Positions 36,911-49,041 of a stretch of 64,000 bases of DNA are shown piece after piece. The translations under genes were made by a program, and so were the position numbers. The stretch is taken from NCBI GenBank assembly GCA_965215365.1, contig CBDCDS010000003.1, positions 192,001-256,000 of the forward strand. The letters run 5' to 3'. The DNA comes from Gammaproteobacteria bacterium. Lineage in GTDB: Bacteria; Pseudomonadota; Gammaproteobacteria; Eutrophobiales; Eutrophobiaceae. Every line of letters starts with the position of its first letter. The first letter of the stretch is position 1. The notes beneath the pieces were generated by a model. The model saw nothing but the letters and a program-made list of their open reading frames with translations. It was not told where the DNA came from and made no database searches.

Positions 36911-38281
36911 TCAGGCCGCCGCCCCGACAGAGGGCAGGCCCGACAGGGCCATGGCGAGTTCTTCCTGCGAATATTCCTGGTCATACAGCTTGCCGGCAAA
37001 GTAGTCCATATAGGCCTGCATGTCGAAATTGCCGTGACCGCACAGGTTGAACAGGATCGCCTTGCTGATGCCCTCTTCCCGGCATTTTATGGCCTCCTCT
37101 ATGGTCGCAACTACCGCGTGATTGGCCTCCGGCGCCGGGATAATCCCCTCCGCCCGGGCAAATTGTATCCCGGCCTCGAAACAGGCCAGCTGCGGGTAGG
37201 AACGCGGCTGCACCAGGCCCAGCTCTGCGGTTTGGCTGACCAGCGGGCCCATGCCGTGATAGCGCAGGCCGCCGGCATGGAAACCCGGTGGGACAAATCC
37301 GGAACCCAAGGTGTGCATTTTGACCAGTGGGGTAAGGTGTCCGGTGTCGCCGAAATCATACGCGTACCGACCCTGGGTCAGGGTCGGGCAGTTGGCCGGC
37401 TCCACCGCAATGATATGCACCTCCTGCCCGCCGCGCAGTTGCTCCCCGAGGAACGGAAACGCAATGCCGGCAAAGTTACTGCCACCGCCGGTGCAGCCGA
37501 CGATGATGTCGGGATAGTCATCGGCCAGCTCCAGTTGCTTCATGGTTTCCTGACCGATCACGCTCTGGTGCAACAGCACGTGGTTCAGCACGCTGCCCAG
37601 CGCGTAGCGGGTGTCGTCGCACTGCACCGCCCGTTCCACCGCCTCACTGATGGCAATGCCCAAACTGCCGGTGCTGTCCGGGTGTTCGGCCAATACCGCC
37701 CGCCCCGCCTCGGTGGTAGCACTGGGGCTGGCAATGCAGGTGGCGCCGAAGCTTTCCATGAAGGCGCGGCGGTAAGGCTTCTGGTTGAAGCTCACCTTCA
37801 CCATATAGACTTCTATTTCCAGGCCGAAAAATGCGCCGGCAAACGACAGCGCCGAACCCCACTGGCCGGCGCCGGTTTCAGTGGTGATGCGCTTCACCCC
37901 TTCCTGTTTTGAATAAAAGGCCTGCGGCACGGCGGTGTTGGGTTTATGGGAACCAGCCGGGCTCACGCCTTCATACTTGTAATAGATGCGCGCCGGGGTA
38001 TCCAGCGCCTGTTCCAGCCGGCGCGCCCGGTACAGCGGCGAAGGTCGCCATTGTTTGAGGATATCCCGCACCGGCGCCGGAATATCAATATAACGTTCGG
38101 CGCTCACTTCCTGCTCAATGACCGCCATGGGGAAGAGCGGCGCCAGATCATCGGGTGTGACCGGCTGGCCCGTACCCGGGTGCAACACCGGTGGCGGCGC
38201 TTCCGGCAGGTCCGCAACGATGTTATACCAGCTTGTGGGTATATCGGATTCCTGTAACAGGTATTTGGTTGAGTCGGTCAT
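36911..38281 (-). CDS. trpB2: Tryptophan synthase beta chain type 2 (TrpB2)
   Basis: [44 protein letters not shown]. Confidence 0.92.
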   Translation of the reverse strand: MTDSTKYLLQESDIPTSWYNIVADLPEAPPPVLHPGTGQPVTPDDLAPLFPMAVIEQEVSAERYIDIPAPVRDILKQWRPSPLYRARRLEQALDTPARIYYKYEGVSPAGSHKPNTAVPQAFYSKQEGVKRITTETGAGQWGSALSFAGAFFGLEIEVYMVKVSFNQKPYRRAFMESFGATCIASPSATTEAGRAVLAEHPDSTGSLGIAISEAVERAVQCDDTRYALGSVLNHVLLHQSVIGQETMKQLELADDYPDIIVGCTGGGSNFAGIAFPFLGEQLRGGQEVHIIAVEPANCPTLTQGRYAYDFGDTGHLTPLVKMHTLGSGFVPPGFHAGGLRYHGMGPLVSQTAELGLVQPRSYPQLACFEAGIQFARAEGIIPAPEANHAVVATIEEAIKCREEGISKAILFNLCGHGNFDMQAYMDYFAGKLYDQEYSQEELAMALSGLPSVGAAA

Positions 38282-38294
38282 GTGCTGTTTTCCT

Positions 38295-41200
38295 TCAAAT
38301 AATGGGTTTCGGGTCTGAGGTAGTCTTATCACGGCATAACTTCAGATAGTAGTGATCGATATTTTTGCTGATGGAATCAATGTTGTCGGGATTTGCGTGT
38401 GCTTCCCGAGATAACCGAACAAGCGCTTTATGATTTTCATCGTGGTCACTATAAACGGGCAGATAAACCGGTGGTCGCACCTTAAAACTCCGATTGTCAG
38501 AGGAGGCATAAATAAACCCTGCGACAATTGGCGCATTCAGGACAGAACAGATGTAATGGGCTTCATCTTCTGTAATGAAATCGCCATTTTTACGCTCACA
38601 CATTGAAGCCGCGTGACTCTGACAAAGTAACATTTTTTTCTCGCCCCAGGGAGTTGCCTGTGACGAAACAACTACAGCGCACCATTTTGTATCTTTCCTG
38701 AAGACGACATGAATCGGAGCAAAACTGTAACGGCCAACACGGGCAAGGCTGTAAAACTCATCCTGGTTGGCACTGCGTACTCTGGCGTTGCCAGCGGACA
38801 AATTTTCCAATAATTCCCGGTTGTCCCGGTAATACCCATATAGCAATTTCGAGGTCTTTTTGAGCTTTTCAACAGGAATGGCCAGCCTGGGATTCGTCGC
38901 CTCGTGAGGGAAGGGCACGAGTATTTGATCATAAGCATGCCTGAATGCTTCAATGGTAGAAGCTCTTACCACAGGATATAAATATTTGGTTTCCAGTAAT
39001 ATCTTTTGAGATGGGAGCGGGCGCTGGGCTCGTTTAAGTTGTATATTTTGCAGCCAGACGGTTCCCTTTTCAGGCCCTTCACCTTGATGCTTAAGCAGCA
39101 ACAATTCTTGTGGGTAAAATTGAATGCCATCGCGGCCTATGTAATCACAATTTCCGGCCACCAGGGAAAAATTGTTCAGTTCTTCCAGGCCCTGCGTTAT
39201 TGTAAACGCATTCTTTCCCGGAGTAATTTGCTGTGCAATCATAGACTCGGATTTCAACTCACTCATCGCTTCCTCCAAGTCTTGCCAGTTCGCCGCACGC
39301 TTCCCTCGCGCAGCGATATATTTCATAACCGGAACACTGGAAGTTGCGTGTTCGTCTCTCCCGATAACGAATGTCATAAAATCCTCTTTTATGGGGTCGA
39401 AGGGATAACCTGCTCTAGTCCAGTCATGAAATGCTAAAAATCGCCACTCGTTATCGCCAAGATTGCGCCATCCGTCATAGGAAGCCTGATAGGCCAATTC
39501 GCGCGGCATCAGGAAAGCGAGCCGGCCTTGTTCCGCAAGCCAATTCTTTATCGATATATATGCAACTAAGGCACACATATTAAGGTTAATTCCTCCCGTC
39601 AAACCTGCGCCTGAAAATAATCCCCGCTCTATACAAAATGATTTGATGCGATTACAGTAGCCTTCCGGAAGATTCTTCCAATCTATCCATGGGGGGTTGC
39701 CAGCTATAACATCAAATTTGCCAAGACATGCGGTTGTCAGAAAATTAGAGAGAATGCGCGCCCAAATTCCGTTCCAATTTTTGATTTCCAATTCAACCAA
39801 CTCATCCGTAAACGTATTCAGCGCATTGATGATACTGTCCTTTTTGTCAGGCTTTGGTATTTCGTTGAGAAGCGTCTTCAAGGCCTTATCCGCATCTTTA
39901 TCCCTTACGGCGGCTTCATATTCGCGCATAAGTGTAATAAACCTCCCGGATCTGATTACAGACACTGGCAGCACGCAAGGGATCGGCTTGACAAGCGTCT
40001 GAAGTTCGTAACGCAGACATTCCACGTCATCAATTTTTTCCAAATCTGGACTGTTGGAGGCATCACCCAAATAAACAGGGATTACAATTTCTTCGTGGTA
40101 ATTTTTCAGAAGGTCGGAAATGTGTATAAAATAATTGACGCGTGCGGTCAGCACTGCCAATGGATGCAGATCAATGCCTGCCACGCGGGAGAGCACATTT
40201 TTTCCAAGGTCGGTTCCTGCCGAATCTGATTCACGTTTCAGGCGGGAAATCGCTGCTACAATGAAAGTGCCTGAACCGCAACATGGGTCCAACAAGCGCC
40301 AGTTGCTCTCAGGTTTCGCAGATTCAATGACATGCTCTGCAAGCCACTTGGGAGTGTACACCTCGCCGAAACTATTACGAATCGTTTGCGGCACTGCGGC
40401 GTGATACAGTTCGCGGAATAAATCTTCCGATTCGCGAGACTGAAAGATATTTCTGGCTTCTTCATAACGCGCCAGGACTGAAACGACAGTTCTCACCGCA
40501 TCAGCTATATCGTCAGTCCACTGATTTTTGTCGCAATACCAAGAGAAAAAATCGCCTTCAAGCAGGTTTAGAATCCCAAGTTTGCGAAAAATAGCGCCAT
40601 CCTCCAACCCATCGCAGAAGATTCTCAGAGAACCGGATGTTGCGTTGACAAGCTGCTGGAAGTCTTGCGGAATTTTACCCAAGTAAACATCTGATACTAC
40701 ATGAAAAGCTATGAGTTTCAGTAAAATAGCGTAAGAAGTGTGTAACGCAAACAAGGTTCGGTATTCATCCTTTGATTGTTCAACCGGGCAGTCGAAAATT
40801 TCCGACAATACTTTCCGGCGCGCAGCGATTCGAGGCTGTCTTGAAGTATCTTCATGAGAAATACGAAAAAGTTGTTCCCATTCTGCCTGGAGCATTTGCG
40901 TTTTTTTCACCGAAGATGCTTCGAGAACAGAATTTAACAAGCGAGCTACCCGAAATAAGATACCATCTGTTTTCGACCTGCAAAAATCCCGAATCAGATT
41001 TTCTGCTGTCAGTGATGAAAGCGCAAGAGAGATGATCTTTTGGGTAAGACGACGTAGAGCTGGCCCGTCCAAAGGCAACGCCGGGCATGGTTCGCTCACA
41101 ATGCCTGAACAAGCGCGTATTTCAATTATCACAAGCCCATTTGTCAGTATCCCTTCGAGCGGCGCCTTTGATTTTTTGCTGAGTGATGCCAGGTATCCGG

Positions 41201-41561
41201 AAAGTTGTTCGGTGGCTGCTTTTCTTGACGCTTCCGAGTCAAGCAGGCTTGGGCGTTTATATTCAATGACAAGTGAGCCCAGTCGGCTATCAGCGCGCCC
41301 ACAGAATGTATGGCGACGAGACACGCGCGCTTCCTTTTCAGGAGAAAACTTCAGGCCGATATCATACAATAGTCTGTATACAACGCGCTCGAAATGACCT
41401 TCGATGGTAGCTTCGTTCACTCCCTGGAGTGCAACGGAACGAATCTCCCTCGCTGCTTCGTCTAGCGCCTCTCTGAATTCGGGCAAGTCAAGAGCAATGT
41501 TGACCAGTTTTCCGCGCAGGGCGTTTGGCGTTAATTCAACTACATCATCTGGTCCGGACAT
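38295..41561 (-). CDS. Fused restriction-modification enzyme (Type IIG-like; N6-adenine MTase + PD-(D/E)XK nuclease)
   Basis: [39 protein letters not shown]; more AT-rich than flanks. Confidence 0.8.
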   Translation of the reverse strand: MSGPDDVVELTPNALRGKLVNIALDLPEFREALDEAAREIRSVALQGVNEATIEGHFERVVYRLLYDIGLKFSPEKEARVSRRHTFCGRADSRLGSLVIEYKRPSLLDSEASRKAATEQLSGYLASLSKKSKAPLEGILTNGLVIIEIRACSGIVSEPCPALPLDGPALRRLTQKIISLALSSLTAENLIRDFCRSKTDGILFRVARLLNSVLEASSVKKTQMLQAEWEQLFRISHEDTSRQPRIAARRKVLSEIFDCPVEQSKDEYRTLFALHTSYAILLKLIAFHVVSDVYLGKIPQDFQQLVNATSGSLRIFCDGLEDGAIFRKLGILNLLEGDFFSWYCDKNQWTDDIADAVRTVVSVLARYEEARNIFQSRESEDLFRELYHAAVPQTIRNSFGEVYTPKWLAEHVIESAKPESNWRLLDPCCGSGTFIVAAISRLKRESDSAGTDLGKNVLSRVAGIDLHPLAVLTARVNYFIHISDLLKNYHEEIVIPVYLGDASNSPDLEKIDDVECLRYELQTLVKPIPCVLPVSVIRSGRFITLMREYEAAVRDKDADKALKTLLNEIPKPDKKDSIINALNTFTDELVELEIKNWNGIWARILSNFLTTACLGKFDVIAGNPPWIDWKNLPEGYCNRIKSFCIERGLFSGAGLTGGINLNMCALVAYISIKNWLAEQGRLAFLMPRELAYQASYDGWRNLGDNEWRFLAFHDWTRAGYPFDPIKEDFMTFVIGRDEHATSSVPVMKYIAARGKRAANWQDLEEAMSELKSESMIAQQITPGKNAFTITQGLEELNNFSLVAGNCDYIGRDGIQFYPQELLLLKHQGEGPEKGTVWLQNIQLKRAQRPLPSQKILLETKYLYPVVRASTIEAFRHAYDQILVPFPHEATNPRLAIPVEKLKKTSKLLYGYYRDNRELLENLSAGNARVRSANQDEFYSLARVGRYSFAPIHVVFRKDTKWCAVVVSSQATPWGEKKMLLCQSHAASMCERKNGDFITEDEAHYICSVLNAPIVAGFIYASSDNRSFKVRPPVYLPVYSDHDENHKALVRLSREAHANPDNIDSISKNIDHYYLKLCRDKTTSDPKPII

Positions 41562-41633
41562 GGAATCTCTCTAACCTTTCTGACGAAATAACGGTTTCAT
41601 AAGAGCTAAGGGTTGACAGGGACGGACAGGGGT

Positions 41634-42878
41634 TCAGTCTTTGAGGCTGTAAACTACCAGGCCGCTACGTAGTTTTGGTTCGAACCAGGTGGCCTTGGGG
41701 GGCATGATGTCGCCGTTGTCGGCGATACTCATCAGCTCTTGCATGGAGACCGGGTAGAGGGTGAAGGCAACAGCCATCTCGCCGCTATCTACCCGGTTCT
41801 GCAGTTCCTCCACGCCACGCACGCCACCGACGAAATGGATGCGCGGATCGGCCCTCTGGTCGCGAATGTCCAGGATTGGTTCGAGGATCAGGTCGGACAG
41901 CATACTGACACCCAGCGCCGCCATGGTATCGGCCGCGGTATAGGCGTCGGGGCGCGCACTCAGGCGGTACCAGATACCTGCCAGATACATGCCGATGACG
42001 CCGCGTTGCTTGGGTTTGATGGGCTGGCTTCCGGTTCTCTCAACCATGAAGGCGAGACCTAGTTTGTGCAGGAATGCACGCGGCTCAAGGCCGTTCAGGT
42101 TGGTCACCAGCCGGTTGTAATCGAGAATTTCCAACTGGTTGTCGGGAAAATGTACGGCCATGAAATAATTGTATTGCTGATCCGCGCCGTTGCCTTGATC
42201 CTGCCCTGCCAATTCCTGGCCGACCTGTGCCGCCGCCGCAGTACGATGGTGCCCGTCGGCTACGTAGGTGGCGGAGATGCCGGCAAAAGCGCGAACAATT
42301 GTCTGCACGGTGGCCGGGTCGTCAACGATCCAGAACCGGTGCTGAACAGAGTCGGCATCAACAAAATCGTATTCCGGTGGCGTTGATTTGAGCGAGTTGA
42401 CAAGATTATCGAGCCTCAGGTTATGGCGATAGGCAAACATCACCGGTTCCACGTTGAGCATGGTAGTACGGATATGCCGGGCGCGGTCGGTCTCCTTGTC
42501 AAATCGGGTCAGTTCATGCTTCCTGATGTGTCCGGACCGGTAATCTGCCACGGCCGCGGCGGCGACAATGCCTGTGCGCGGATGCCTGTTTGCGGTCAAC
42601 TCATAGATATAGAGGCTGTCACGCTCATCCCGTACAAACGTACCGTTATCGACAAGCCCCTGAAAATTCGCCGCCGCCGCGCGGTAAACCTCGGGGTTGT
42701 CGGGCACCGTAGCTGCGGGAAGGGTGATCTCAGATTTTACCACGTTCAGGAAGGAATACGGATTGCCGGCTGCCTCTTGCCTAGCCTCTGCAGTAGTCAG
42801 TACGTCATACGGTCTTGAGGCGACACTGCTGACCAGGTCGCGGCGCGGACGATACCCTTTGAAAGCCTTGATTTTCAC
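41634..42878 (-). CDS. DUF1015 family protein
   Basis: PYDV, IRKHELTR, ADGHHRTAAA, MPPKATWFEPKLRSGL. Confidence 0.88.
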   Translation of the reverse strand: MKIKAFKGYRPRRDLVSSVASRPYDVLTTAEARQEAAGNPYSFLNVVKSEITLPAATVPDNPEVYRAAAANFQGLVDNGTFVRDERDSLYIYELTANRHPRTGIVAAAAVADYRSGHIRKHELTRFDKETDRARHIRTTMLNVEPVMFAYRHNLRLDNLVNSLKSTPPEYDFVDADSVQHRFWIVDDPATVQTIVRAFAGISATYVADGHHRTAAAAQVGQELAGQDQGNGADQQYNYFMAVHFPDNQLEILDYNRLVTNLNGLEPRAFLHKLGLAFMVERTGSQPIKPKQRGVIGMYLAGIWYRLSARPDAYTAADTMAALGVSMLSDLILEPILDIRDQRADPRIHFVGGVRGVEELQNRVDSGEMAVAFTLYPVSMQELMSIADNGDIMPPKATWFEPKLRSGLVVYSLKD

Positions 42879-42928
42879 TTCCGGTCACCTGTGAAAATTG
42901 AAAACGCCCGTGCGCTCGGTCGCCGGCT

Positions 42929-44518
42929 TCACAAGCTGACCTGTATCGCTTTGTCGATAGCCTCGATGCGGGCCAGTTCATCCATTAACGTATCATCCAG
43001 AGGTGTTGACACCCCCAGCACGGCAATGGCCTGGTCGCTGTCGGACACAATACCCAGTTGCATGCGTGAAATGTTAATGCCGGCCGCGGCCAGAAGATTG
43101 CTGAGGGCGGCGATGACTCCGGGTTGATCAGTATGGCGGGTAACCAGCAGCTGCCCCTCCAGCACGGCCTCGATCTCGTAATCATTGATGCCGACCAGAC
43201 GCGCATACCGGCGCTGGAACAGAGTCCCGATGACCCGGGTTTCACGGTCGCCATGCCGGGCCGACAGGCTGAGCGCGGAGTGGTAATCCGGGTGTTCGCC
43301 GCCGCGAGACTCAATGAGACTCATCCCTTGCTGCTCAGCAATATGTTTTGCATTCACCCGGTTTACTTCCATCGACATGCGGGCGCGCAGCAACCCTACC
43401 AGACCCTCGGTAGCGATGCTGTGCAAATCTCTTTCCGCCGCTTCACCAAACAACGATGCCTCAAAGCGGCGCACCGGCTCCGGGATCAAGTGGCCCAGCA
43501 ATGTCCCCAAGTGCCTGGCCAGCGTCAGATAGGGTTGCAGTTTAACCAGTTCTTCGGACGACACTGCCGGCAGATTGATGGCATTGATGGGTTCGCCGGT
43601 CTTCAGATAAATACAGATCTGCCGGGCTATCCCCAGCCCGGCTGCGGCTTGGGCTTCCCGGGTCGATGCGCCGAGGTGCGGCGTCAACAATACGTTGTCC
43701 AGAGTCAGCAGCGGCGAGTTGTCCGGCGGTTCGCAGGAAAACACATCCAGCGCGGCGCCGGACAAATGTCCGTTCTTTAAGGAGTCATACAACGCGTCTT
43801 CATCGACCAGCCCCCCCCTAGCGCAGTTAATTAGCCGCGCCCCGGGTTTCATGGCGCCGAGCCGGTCGGCATCTATGATGTTGCGGGTCTTGTCATTCAA
43901 TGGGCAATGCAGGCTCACATAGTCGGCCATCTCCAGCAATTCCTCAAGACTGGCCCCGGTGACACCGTCGGTCAGCAACCTTTCTTCAGTCACGAACGGA
44001 TCAAAGGCAAGCACTTGCATTTCCAGCGCCAGCGCCCGCGCCGCCACGATCCTGCCGATGTGGCCGTAACCGATAATTCCCAGGGTCTTGCCGGCCAGTT
44101 CCACCCCCATGAAACGAGTGCGTTCCCAGTGTCCCGCCTTCATTGAGCTGTTGGCCTGGGGCAGATTGCGACTCAAGGAAAACAGATGGGCCAGGGTCAG
44201 TTCCGCCGTAGTCGTTACGTTGGCGTCGGGCGTGTTGAGCACGACAATGCCTCTGCCGGTGGCATGTTGCACGTCGATATTATCAACGCCGATGCCGGCC
44301 CTGCCGATGACTTCGAGCCGCGCAGCCGCATCTATGACCTTGGCCGTTATAGTGGTGGCGCTACGCACGACAACGGCATGATACTTGCCAATCTGTGCGC
44401 ACAGCGCGGCTTCATCAAGGCCGGTAATGCAGTCCGCGGCAAGCGTGCGCTGCGCGTCCAGGAAGGCCTTGCCTTCCGGCGAGATTTTATCCGCCACTAG
44501 GATGTGTTTTACTGTCAT
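42929..44518 (-). CDS. serA: D-3-phosphoglycerate dehydrogenase (long form with ASB and ACT domains)
   Basis: GRAGIGVDN, GYGHIG, INCARGG, TPHLGAST, C-terminal DQPGVI ACT domain. Confidence 0.93.
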   Translation of the reverse strand: MTVKHILVADKISPEGKAFLDAQRTLAADCITGLDEAALCAQIGKYHAVVVRSATTITAKVIDAAARLEVIGRAGIGVDNIDVQHATGRGIVVLNTPDANVTTTAELTLAHLFSLSRNLPQANSSMKAGHWERTRFMGVELAGKTLGIIGYGHIGRIVAARALALEMQVLAFDPFVTEERLLTDGVTGASLEELLEMADYVSLHCPLNDKTRNIIDADRLGAMKPGARLINCARGGLVDEDALYDSLKNGHLSGAALDVFSCEPPDNSPLLTLDNVLLTPHLGASTREAQAAAGLGIARQICIYLKTGEPINAINLPAVSSEELVKLQPYLTLARHLGTLLGHLIPEPVRRFEASLFGEAAERDLHSIATEGLVGLLRARMSMEVNRVNAKHIAEQQGMSLIESRGGEHPDYHSALSLSARHGDRETRVIGTLFQRRYARLVGINDYEIEAVLEGQLLVTRHTDQPGVIAALSNLLAAAGINISRMQLGIVSDSDQAIAVLGVSTPLDDTLMDELARIEAIDKAIQVSL

Positions 44519-44564
44519 TATTGACGTCAGTGAAGGGCCAACGGGTGGTTTTATCAGGATGCGG

Positions 44565-45902
44565 TCAGGCGCTGATCAACCTGCCCACATCCTCGGCCAG
44601 TTGCCGCGCGAGCGCCTGCACCTTGCCGGCATCATTGCCCTCGATCATAACCCGCAGCATGGGCTCCGTGCCCGAGGGGCGCAGCAGGACTCGTCCGGGC
44701 TCATCCAGTTGTTGTTCAACTGCTCCGACCATTTTTTCAAGTTCGGGGTAGTCCCGGAGCTGTATCGGTTCGCTCAGCGCTATGTTCAGCAACGTCTGCG
44801 GATATTTGTGCATGCCGCGCTTTAAGGTGTGCAGACTCTCGCCGGTGTCCAGCATGGCGTTGAGTATCTGTAATGCAGAAATGATGCCGTCACCCGTGTC
44901 AGAGAATTTCCGGTTCACGATGTGACCGGACTGCTCCCCGCCCAGCATCAGGTTTCTTTCATCCAGCATTCCGGCAACATAGCGATCGCCTACATTCGCC
45001 CGGTGAAACTCGAAACCCATTTCCTGCAGCGCCTGTTCCAGACCGAGGTTGCTCATCAAGGTGCCGACGACGCCACCGTTAAGCGTTGTGCTCTGGTGTC
45101 GGGCCATGATGTACAGCAATTCGTCGCCATCTACGCGCGCGCCCCGATGGTCAACCATGATTAACCGGTCCCCATCCCCATCCAGTGAGATGCCCGCCGC
45201 TGCGTTTTTTTCGAGGACAAGCTGCTGCACGGCCTCCGGTTTGGTGGCCCCGCACCCATCGTTGATGTTAAATCCGTTCGGCTCCACACCGATGGTATGG
45301 ACTTCGGCGCCCAACTCTTCGAACACTTTCGGTGCAATCCGGTAGGCGGCACCGTTGGCGCAATCGACAACCAGACGCAGCCCGCTTAAATCACAATCGA
45401 CCTTGCTCTTGCAGAACTCAATGTAACGGCGCGGCGCATCCGTGATCCGGCGCGCCTTGCCCAGCTGAGCCGGCGCCACCACCTCTAGCGGCTGGCCCAG
45501 TTGTTTCTCGATCTGTAATTCGACGGTATCAGACAGCTTCCTGCCGTTCCTAGAAAAGATCTTGATGCCGTTATCAGAATAGGGGTTATGGGAGGCACTG
45601 ATGACAATCCCCGCCTCGGCGCGGGTGTTTTTTGTGAGGTAGGCGACGGCCGGGGTGGGTACCGGCCCCAGCAGGCGGATATCGGTGCCGGCGGCGGACA
45701 AACCGGCTTCCAGCGCCGATTCGAACATGTAGCCGGAGACCCGTGTATCCTTACCGATGAGGATGGGGCCGGCGGCTTTTTCATGCAATACCCTGCCGAT
45801 GGCCCAGCCCAGCTTCATGATGAAATCCGGCGTTACCGGCGCGGTACCGACTCGGCCGCGAATGCCGTCGGTGCTGAAATATTTGCGAGAACCGGCAGAC
45901 AA
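44565..45902 (-). CDS. glmM: Phosphoglucosamine mutase
   Basis: TDGIRG, SASHNP, DGDGDR, GGEQSGH, RPSGTEP. Confidence 0.95.
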   Translation of the reverse strand: MSAGSRKYFSTDGIRGRVGTAPVTPDFIMKLGWAIGRVLHEKAAGPILIGKDTRVSGYMFESALEAGLSAAGTDIRLLGPVPTPAVAYLTKNTRAEAGIVISASHNPYSDNGIKIFSRNGRKLSDTVELQIEKQLGQPLEVVAPAQLGKARRITDAPRRYIEFCKSKVDCDLSGLRLVVDCANGAAYRIAPKVFEELGAEVHTIGVEPNGFNINDGCGATKPEAVQQLVLEKNAAAGISLDGDGDRLIMVDHRGARVDGDELLYIMARHQSTTLNGGVVGTLMSNLGLEQALQEMGFEFHRANVGDRYVAGMLDERNLMLGGEQSGHIVNRKFSDTGDGIISALQILNAMLDTGESLHTLKRGMHKYPQTLLNIALSEPIQLRDYPELEKMVGAVEQQLDEPGRVLLRPSGTEPMLRVMIEGNDAGKVQALARQLAEDVGRLISA

Positions 45903-45914
45903 CTGCGTCGGACT

Positions 45915-47837
45915 TCAAGCAGCCTGCGGCGGCCCGTCAATGACCGGGCCTTCGACCGGAGCGTCCGCCGGCTGCGTTGTCTCAGCCTCCGCCTGTCTGG
46001 TGCGCGCCTTGCCGTTTTCACCCCAATCCGCCGGCGGGCCGGGTTCTTTTCCTTCCATAATGGTGTCGATCTGCCCCGAATCGATCGTCTCGTATTTGAT
46101 CAATGCCTCAGCCATCAGGTGCAACTTGTCCATATTTGCTTCGAGCAGCTCCTGGGCCTGCTGGTAGTTCTTGTCGATGAGGCGCCGGACCTCCGCGTCT
46201 ATGTCATTTTGCGTTGCCGCAGAGACAGTGGAATGCTTGGTCACGGAGCGGCCCAAAAAGACTTCATCTTCATCTTCCTGATAGGACAGCGGCCCCATCT
46301 TCTCGGACAGGCCCCACTTGGTGACCATGTTTCTGGCCAACTGGGTGGCGCGCTCAATATCGTTGCTGGCGCCGGTCGTCACTGCGTCGTCCCCGAAGAT
46401 CAGACATTCTGCGATACGCCCGCCAAACAGCGAGCAGATCTGGCTCTGCAGATACAGCCGGGAGTAGCTCAGCCGGTCCTGCTCCGGCAGGAACATGGTC
46501 ACACCCAGTGCCCGTCCGCGCGGGATGATGGTAACCTTGTAAACCGGATCGTGCGCCGGCAGCAAGCGGCCCACAATGGCGTGACCGGCTTCATGGTAGG
46601 CAGTGAGCTTCTTTTCTTCATCGGTCATCACCATGGAACGGCGCTCGGCGCCCATCATAACCTTGTCCTTGGCCCGCTCAAATTCTTCCATCTCGACCTT
46701 TTCCTTGTTGGCCCGGGCTGCGAACAAGGCGGCTTCGTTGATCAGGTTGGCCAGATCTGCGCCGGAAAAGCCAGGGGTGCCGCGCGCAATGATGGCGGCG
46801 TCCACATTGTCGCCCAGTGCGATTTTACGCATGTGCACCTTGAGGATTTGCTCACGCCCGCGGATATCCGGTAACGGCACCACCACCTGCCGGTCAAACC
46901 GGCCCGGCCGCAGCAGTGCCGGGTCCAGCACATCAGGCCGGTTGGTGGCGGCAATGACGATGATCCCTTCATTGCCCTCAAACCCGTCCATCTCGACCAA
47001 CAGCTGGTTTAAGGTCTGTTCACGTTCATCATGGCCGCCGCCAAGGCCGGCGCCGCGGTGTCGCCCCACCGCGTCAATTTCGTCGATAAAGATGATACAG
47101 GGCGCGTGTTTCTTGGCCTGCTCGAACATGTCGCGCACCCTGGAGGCGCCGACACCGACGAACATTTCCACAAAATCAGAGCCGGAAATGGTAAAGAACG
47201 GCACCTGCGCCTCGCCGGCTATGGCGCGCGCCAGCAAGGTCTTACCGGTGCCGGGCGACCCCACCAACAGCACACCGCGCGGGATCTTGCCGCCCAGTTT
47301 TTGGAATTTGCCCGGGTCTTTAAGGAATTCGACCAGTTCCACAACCTCTTCCTTAGCTTCCTCGACACCGGCCACATCGTTAAAGGTAATTTTGACCTGG
47401 TCTTCACTCAGCATACGCGCCCGGCTCTTGCCGAACGACAGCGCGCCGCGGCCACCGGTACCGCCTTGCATCTGGCGCATGAAATAAATCCAGATAGCCA
47501 GTAGCAGCAGGATCGGAAACCAGGAAATAAACGCGTGGATCCAGAACGAATTGCGGCCCGGCCCGGCGCCGAGCACCTCCACATTGTTCTCCAGCAGGGT
47601 GCCGATCAAGGCTTCGTTGCTGGTTTCCGGGCTGTAGGTATTAAAGCGGGCACCATCGACAAACTGGCCGGAGATATCGCGCTCCTCAATGGTGACGGAC
47701 ACCACCTTGCCTGTTTTAACATCCAGGATAAATTCTGAATAGGGAATGGTATTACTGGCGGTTCTGACCCCGAAGTTCTGAAATACCGTCATCAGCACCA
47801 GGGCAATGACCACCCACAACAATATACTTTTCAACAT
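45915..47837 (-). CDS. ftsH: ATP-dependent zinc metalloprotease FtsH
   Basis: [27 protein letters not shown]. Confidence 0.97.
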   Translation of the reverse strand: MLKSILLWVVIALVLMTVFQNFGVRTASNTIPYSEFILDVKTGKVVSVTIEERDISGQFVDGARFNTYSPETSNEALIGTLLENNVEVLGAGPGRNSFWIHAFISWFPILLLLAIWIYFMRQMQGGTGGRGALSFGKSRARMLSEDQVKITFNDVAGVEEAKEEVVELVEFLKDPGKFQKLGGKIPRGVLLVGSPGTGKTLLARAIAGEAQVPFFTISGSDFVEMFVGVGASRVRDMFEQAKKHAPCIIFIDEIDAVGRHRGAGLGGGHDEREQTLNQLLVEMDGFEGNEGIIVIAATNRPDVLDPALLRPGRFDRQVVVPLPDIRGREQILKVHMRKIALGDNVDAAIIARGTPGFSGADLANLINEAALFAARANKEKVEMEEFERAKDKVMMGAERRSMVMTDEEKKLTAYHEAGHAIVGRLLPAHDPVYKVTIIPRGRALGVTMFLPEQDRLSYSRLYLQSQICSLFGGRIAECLIFGDDAVTTGASNDIERATQLARNMVTKWGLSEKMGPLSYQEDEDEVFLGRSVTKHSTVSAATQNDIDAEVRRLIDKNYQQAQELLEANMDKLHLMAEALIKYETIDSGQIDTIMEGKEPGPPADWGENGKARTRQAEAETTQPADAPVEGPVIDGPPQAA

Positions 47838-47867
47838 AATGTAAGTTTTCCTTATATCGTAAACCGT

Positions 47868-48491
47868 CTACATGCTTGTAGACGCATAGCCTTTCGCCAA
47901 CAGATATACCTCGCTGGAAGTCGCCCGCGAAGCCCGTGGCTTTGCCAGTATAACGCTATCGAACTGCTCATTCAATTGCTTTCTGAAATCGGCAACGTCG
48001 CGGCTCTGAAACAATTTGACCAGCAAATGCCCGCGCGCCTTGAGTGCCGCATAACCGAATTGTGCGGCGGTTTCTGCCAGCTCCAGGCTGTTGGCCTGAT
48101 CTGCGCTGGCTATACCTGTCAAGTTGGGGGCCATATCGGAAATTACAAGGTCGGCGCCGGCTTCATCCAGCTCGGCCAGGCAGCGCCGGCGGCTGTCGGC
48201 GTGCGTGAGGTCGCAACGCAGGCAGGTGACACCAGCCAGGGGTTGCATCGCCAGCATGTCAATGGCAATGACGGCGCCGCCGGGATTGACTTTCCGGCTT
48301 GCGTAAGCCGACCAGCTGCCCGGGGCGGCGCCTAGGTCAACGACCGTCTGGCCCGGACGGAACAGGCGGTAGCGCCGGTCCAGCTCCTCCAGCTTGAATA
48401 CTGCGCGCGAGCGCAGCTGCCGGTTGCGGGCCTGGTTGACGTAGCGGTCGCGGTGGTGTTCCTGCAACCAGCGCTTGCTGCTTTTTGACAT
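47868..48491 (-). CDS. rlmE: 23S rRNA Um2552 methyltransferase
   Basis: RSRAVFKL, DLGAAPGSW, SDMAPN, KPRASR..SSEVY. Confidence 0.93.
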   Translation of the reverse strand: MSKSSKRWLQEHHRDRYVNQARNRQLRSRAVFKLEELDRRYRLFRPGQTVVDLGAAPGSWSAYASRKVNPGGAVIAIDMLAMQPLAGVTCLRCDLTHADSRRRCLAELDEAGADLVISDMAPNLTGIASADQANSLELAETAAQFGYAALKARGHLLVKLFQSRDVADFRKQLNEQFDSVILAKPRASRATSSEVYLLAKGYASTSM

Positions 48492-48509
48492 TTGACGGGT
48501 GGGGTCAGG

Positions 48510-48546
48510 GTGACAGGCGCCGCTACGAACCTGCGGCGCCTGTTAC
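48510..48546. terminator. GC-rich hairpin downstream of greA
   Basis: GTGACAGGCGCCGC-9nt-GCGGCGCCTGTTAC; no clear U tract. Confidence 0.4.
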
Positions 48547-48561
48547 TCCGATACCATAAAC

Positions 48562-49041
48562 TCAACCGCTGTAAGCGACCGACAGGACTTCATATTCGAT
48601 GATGCCGCCGGGGGCATTGACTTCGATGACGTCGCCCGTTGCCTTACCGATCATGGCGCGGGCGATGGGAGCAGTGACAGACAGTAACCCCTGCTCTATA
48701 TCCGCTTCCTTCTCGCCGACGATCTGGTAGCGCACTTCCTGCTCACTGTGCAGGTTGAATAACTCGACCGTTGCGCCAAAGACGATTTTACCGCCGGCAT
48801 CGATCTTCGTCACGTCGATGATTTCCGCCGTGGCTAGGGCATCCTCTATACTTGCGATGCGCCCCTCGATAAAACCCTGACGCTCGCGCGCAGCATGGTA
48901 CTCGGCATTTTCACTCAAATCGCCGTGCGCCCTGGCTTCCGCGATGGCCTCGATGATTTTCGGCCGCTCGACCGATTTCAGTTGCTCCAGTTGTTGGCGC
49001 AAGCGCTCGGCGCCATTGGCAGTCATAGGAATTCTGTTCAT
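48562..49041 (-). CDS. greA: Transcription elongation factor GreA
   Basis: [18 protein letters not shown]. Confidence 0.96.
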   Translation of the reverse strand: MNRIPMTANGAERLRQQLEQLKSVERPKIIEAIAEARAHGDLSENAEYHAARERQGFIEGRIASIEDALATAEIIDVTKIDAGGKIVFGATVELFNLHSEQEVRYQIVGEKEADIEQGLLSVTAPIARAMIGKATGDVIEVNAPGGIIEYEVLSVAYSG

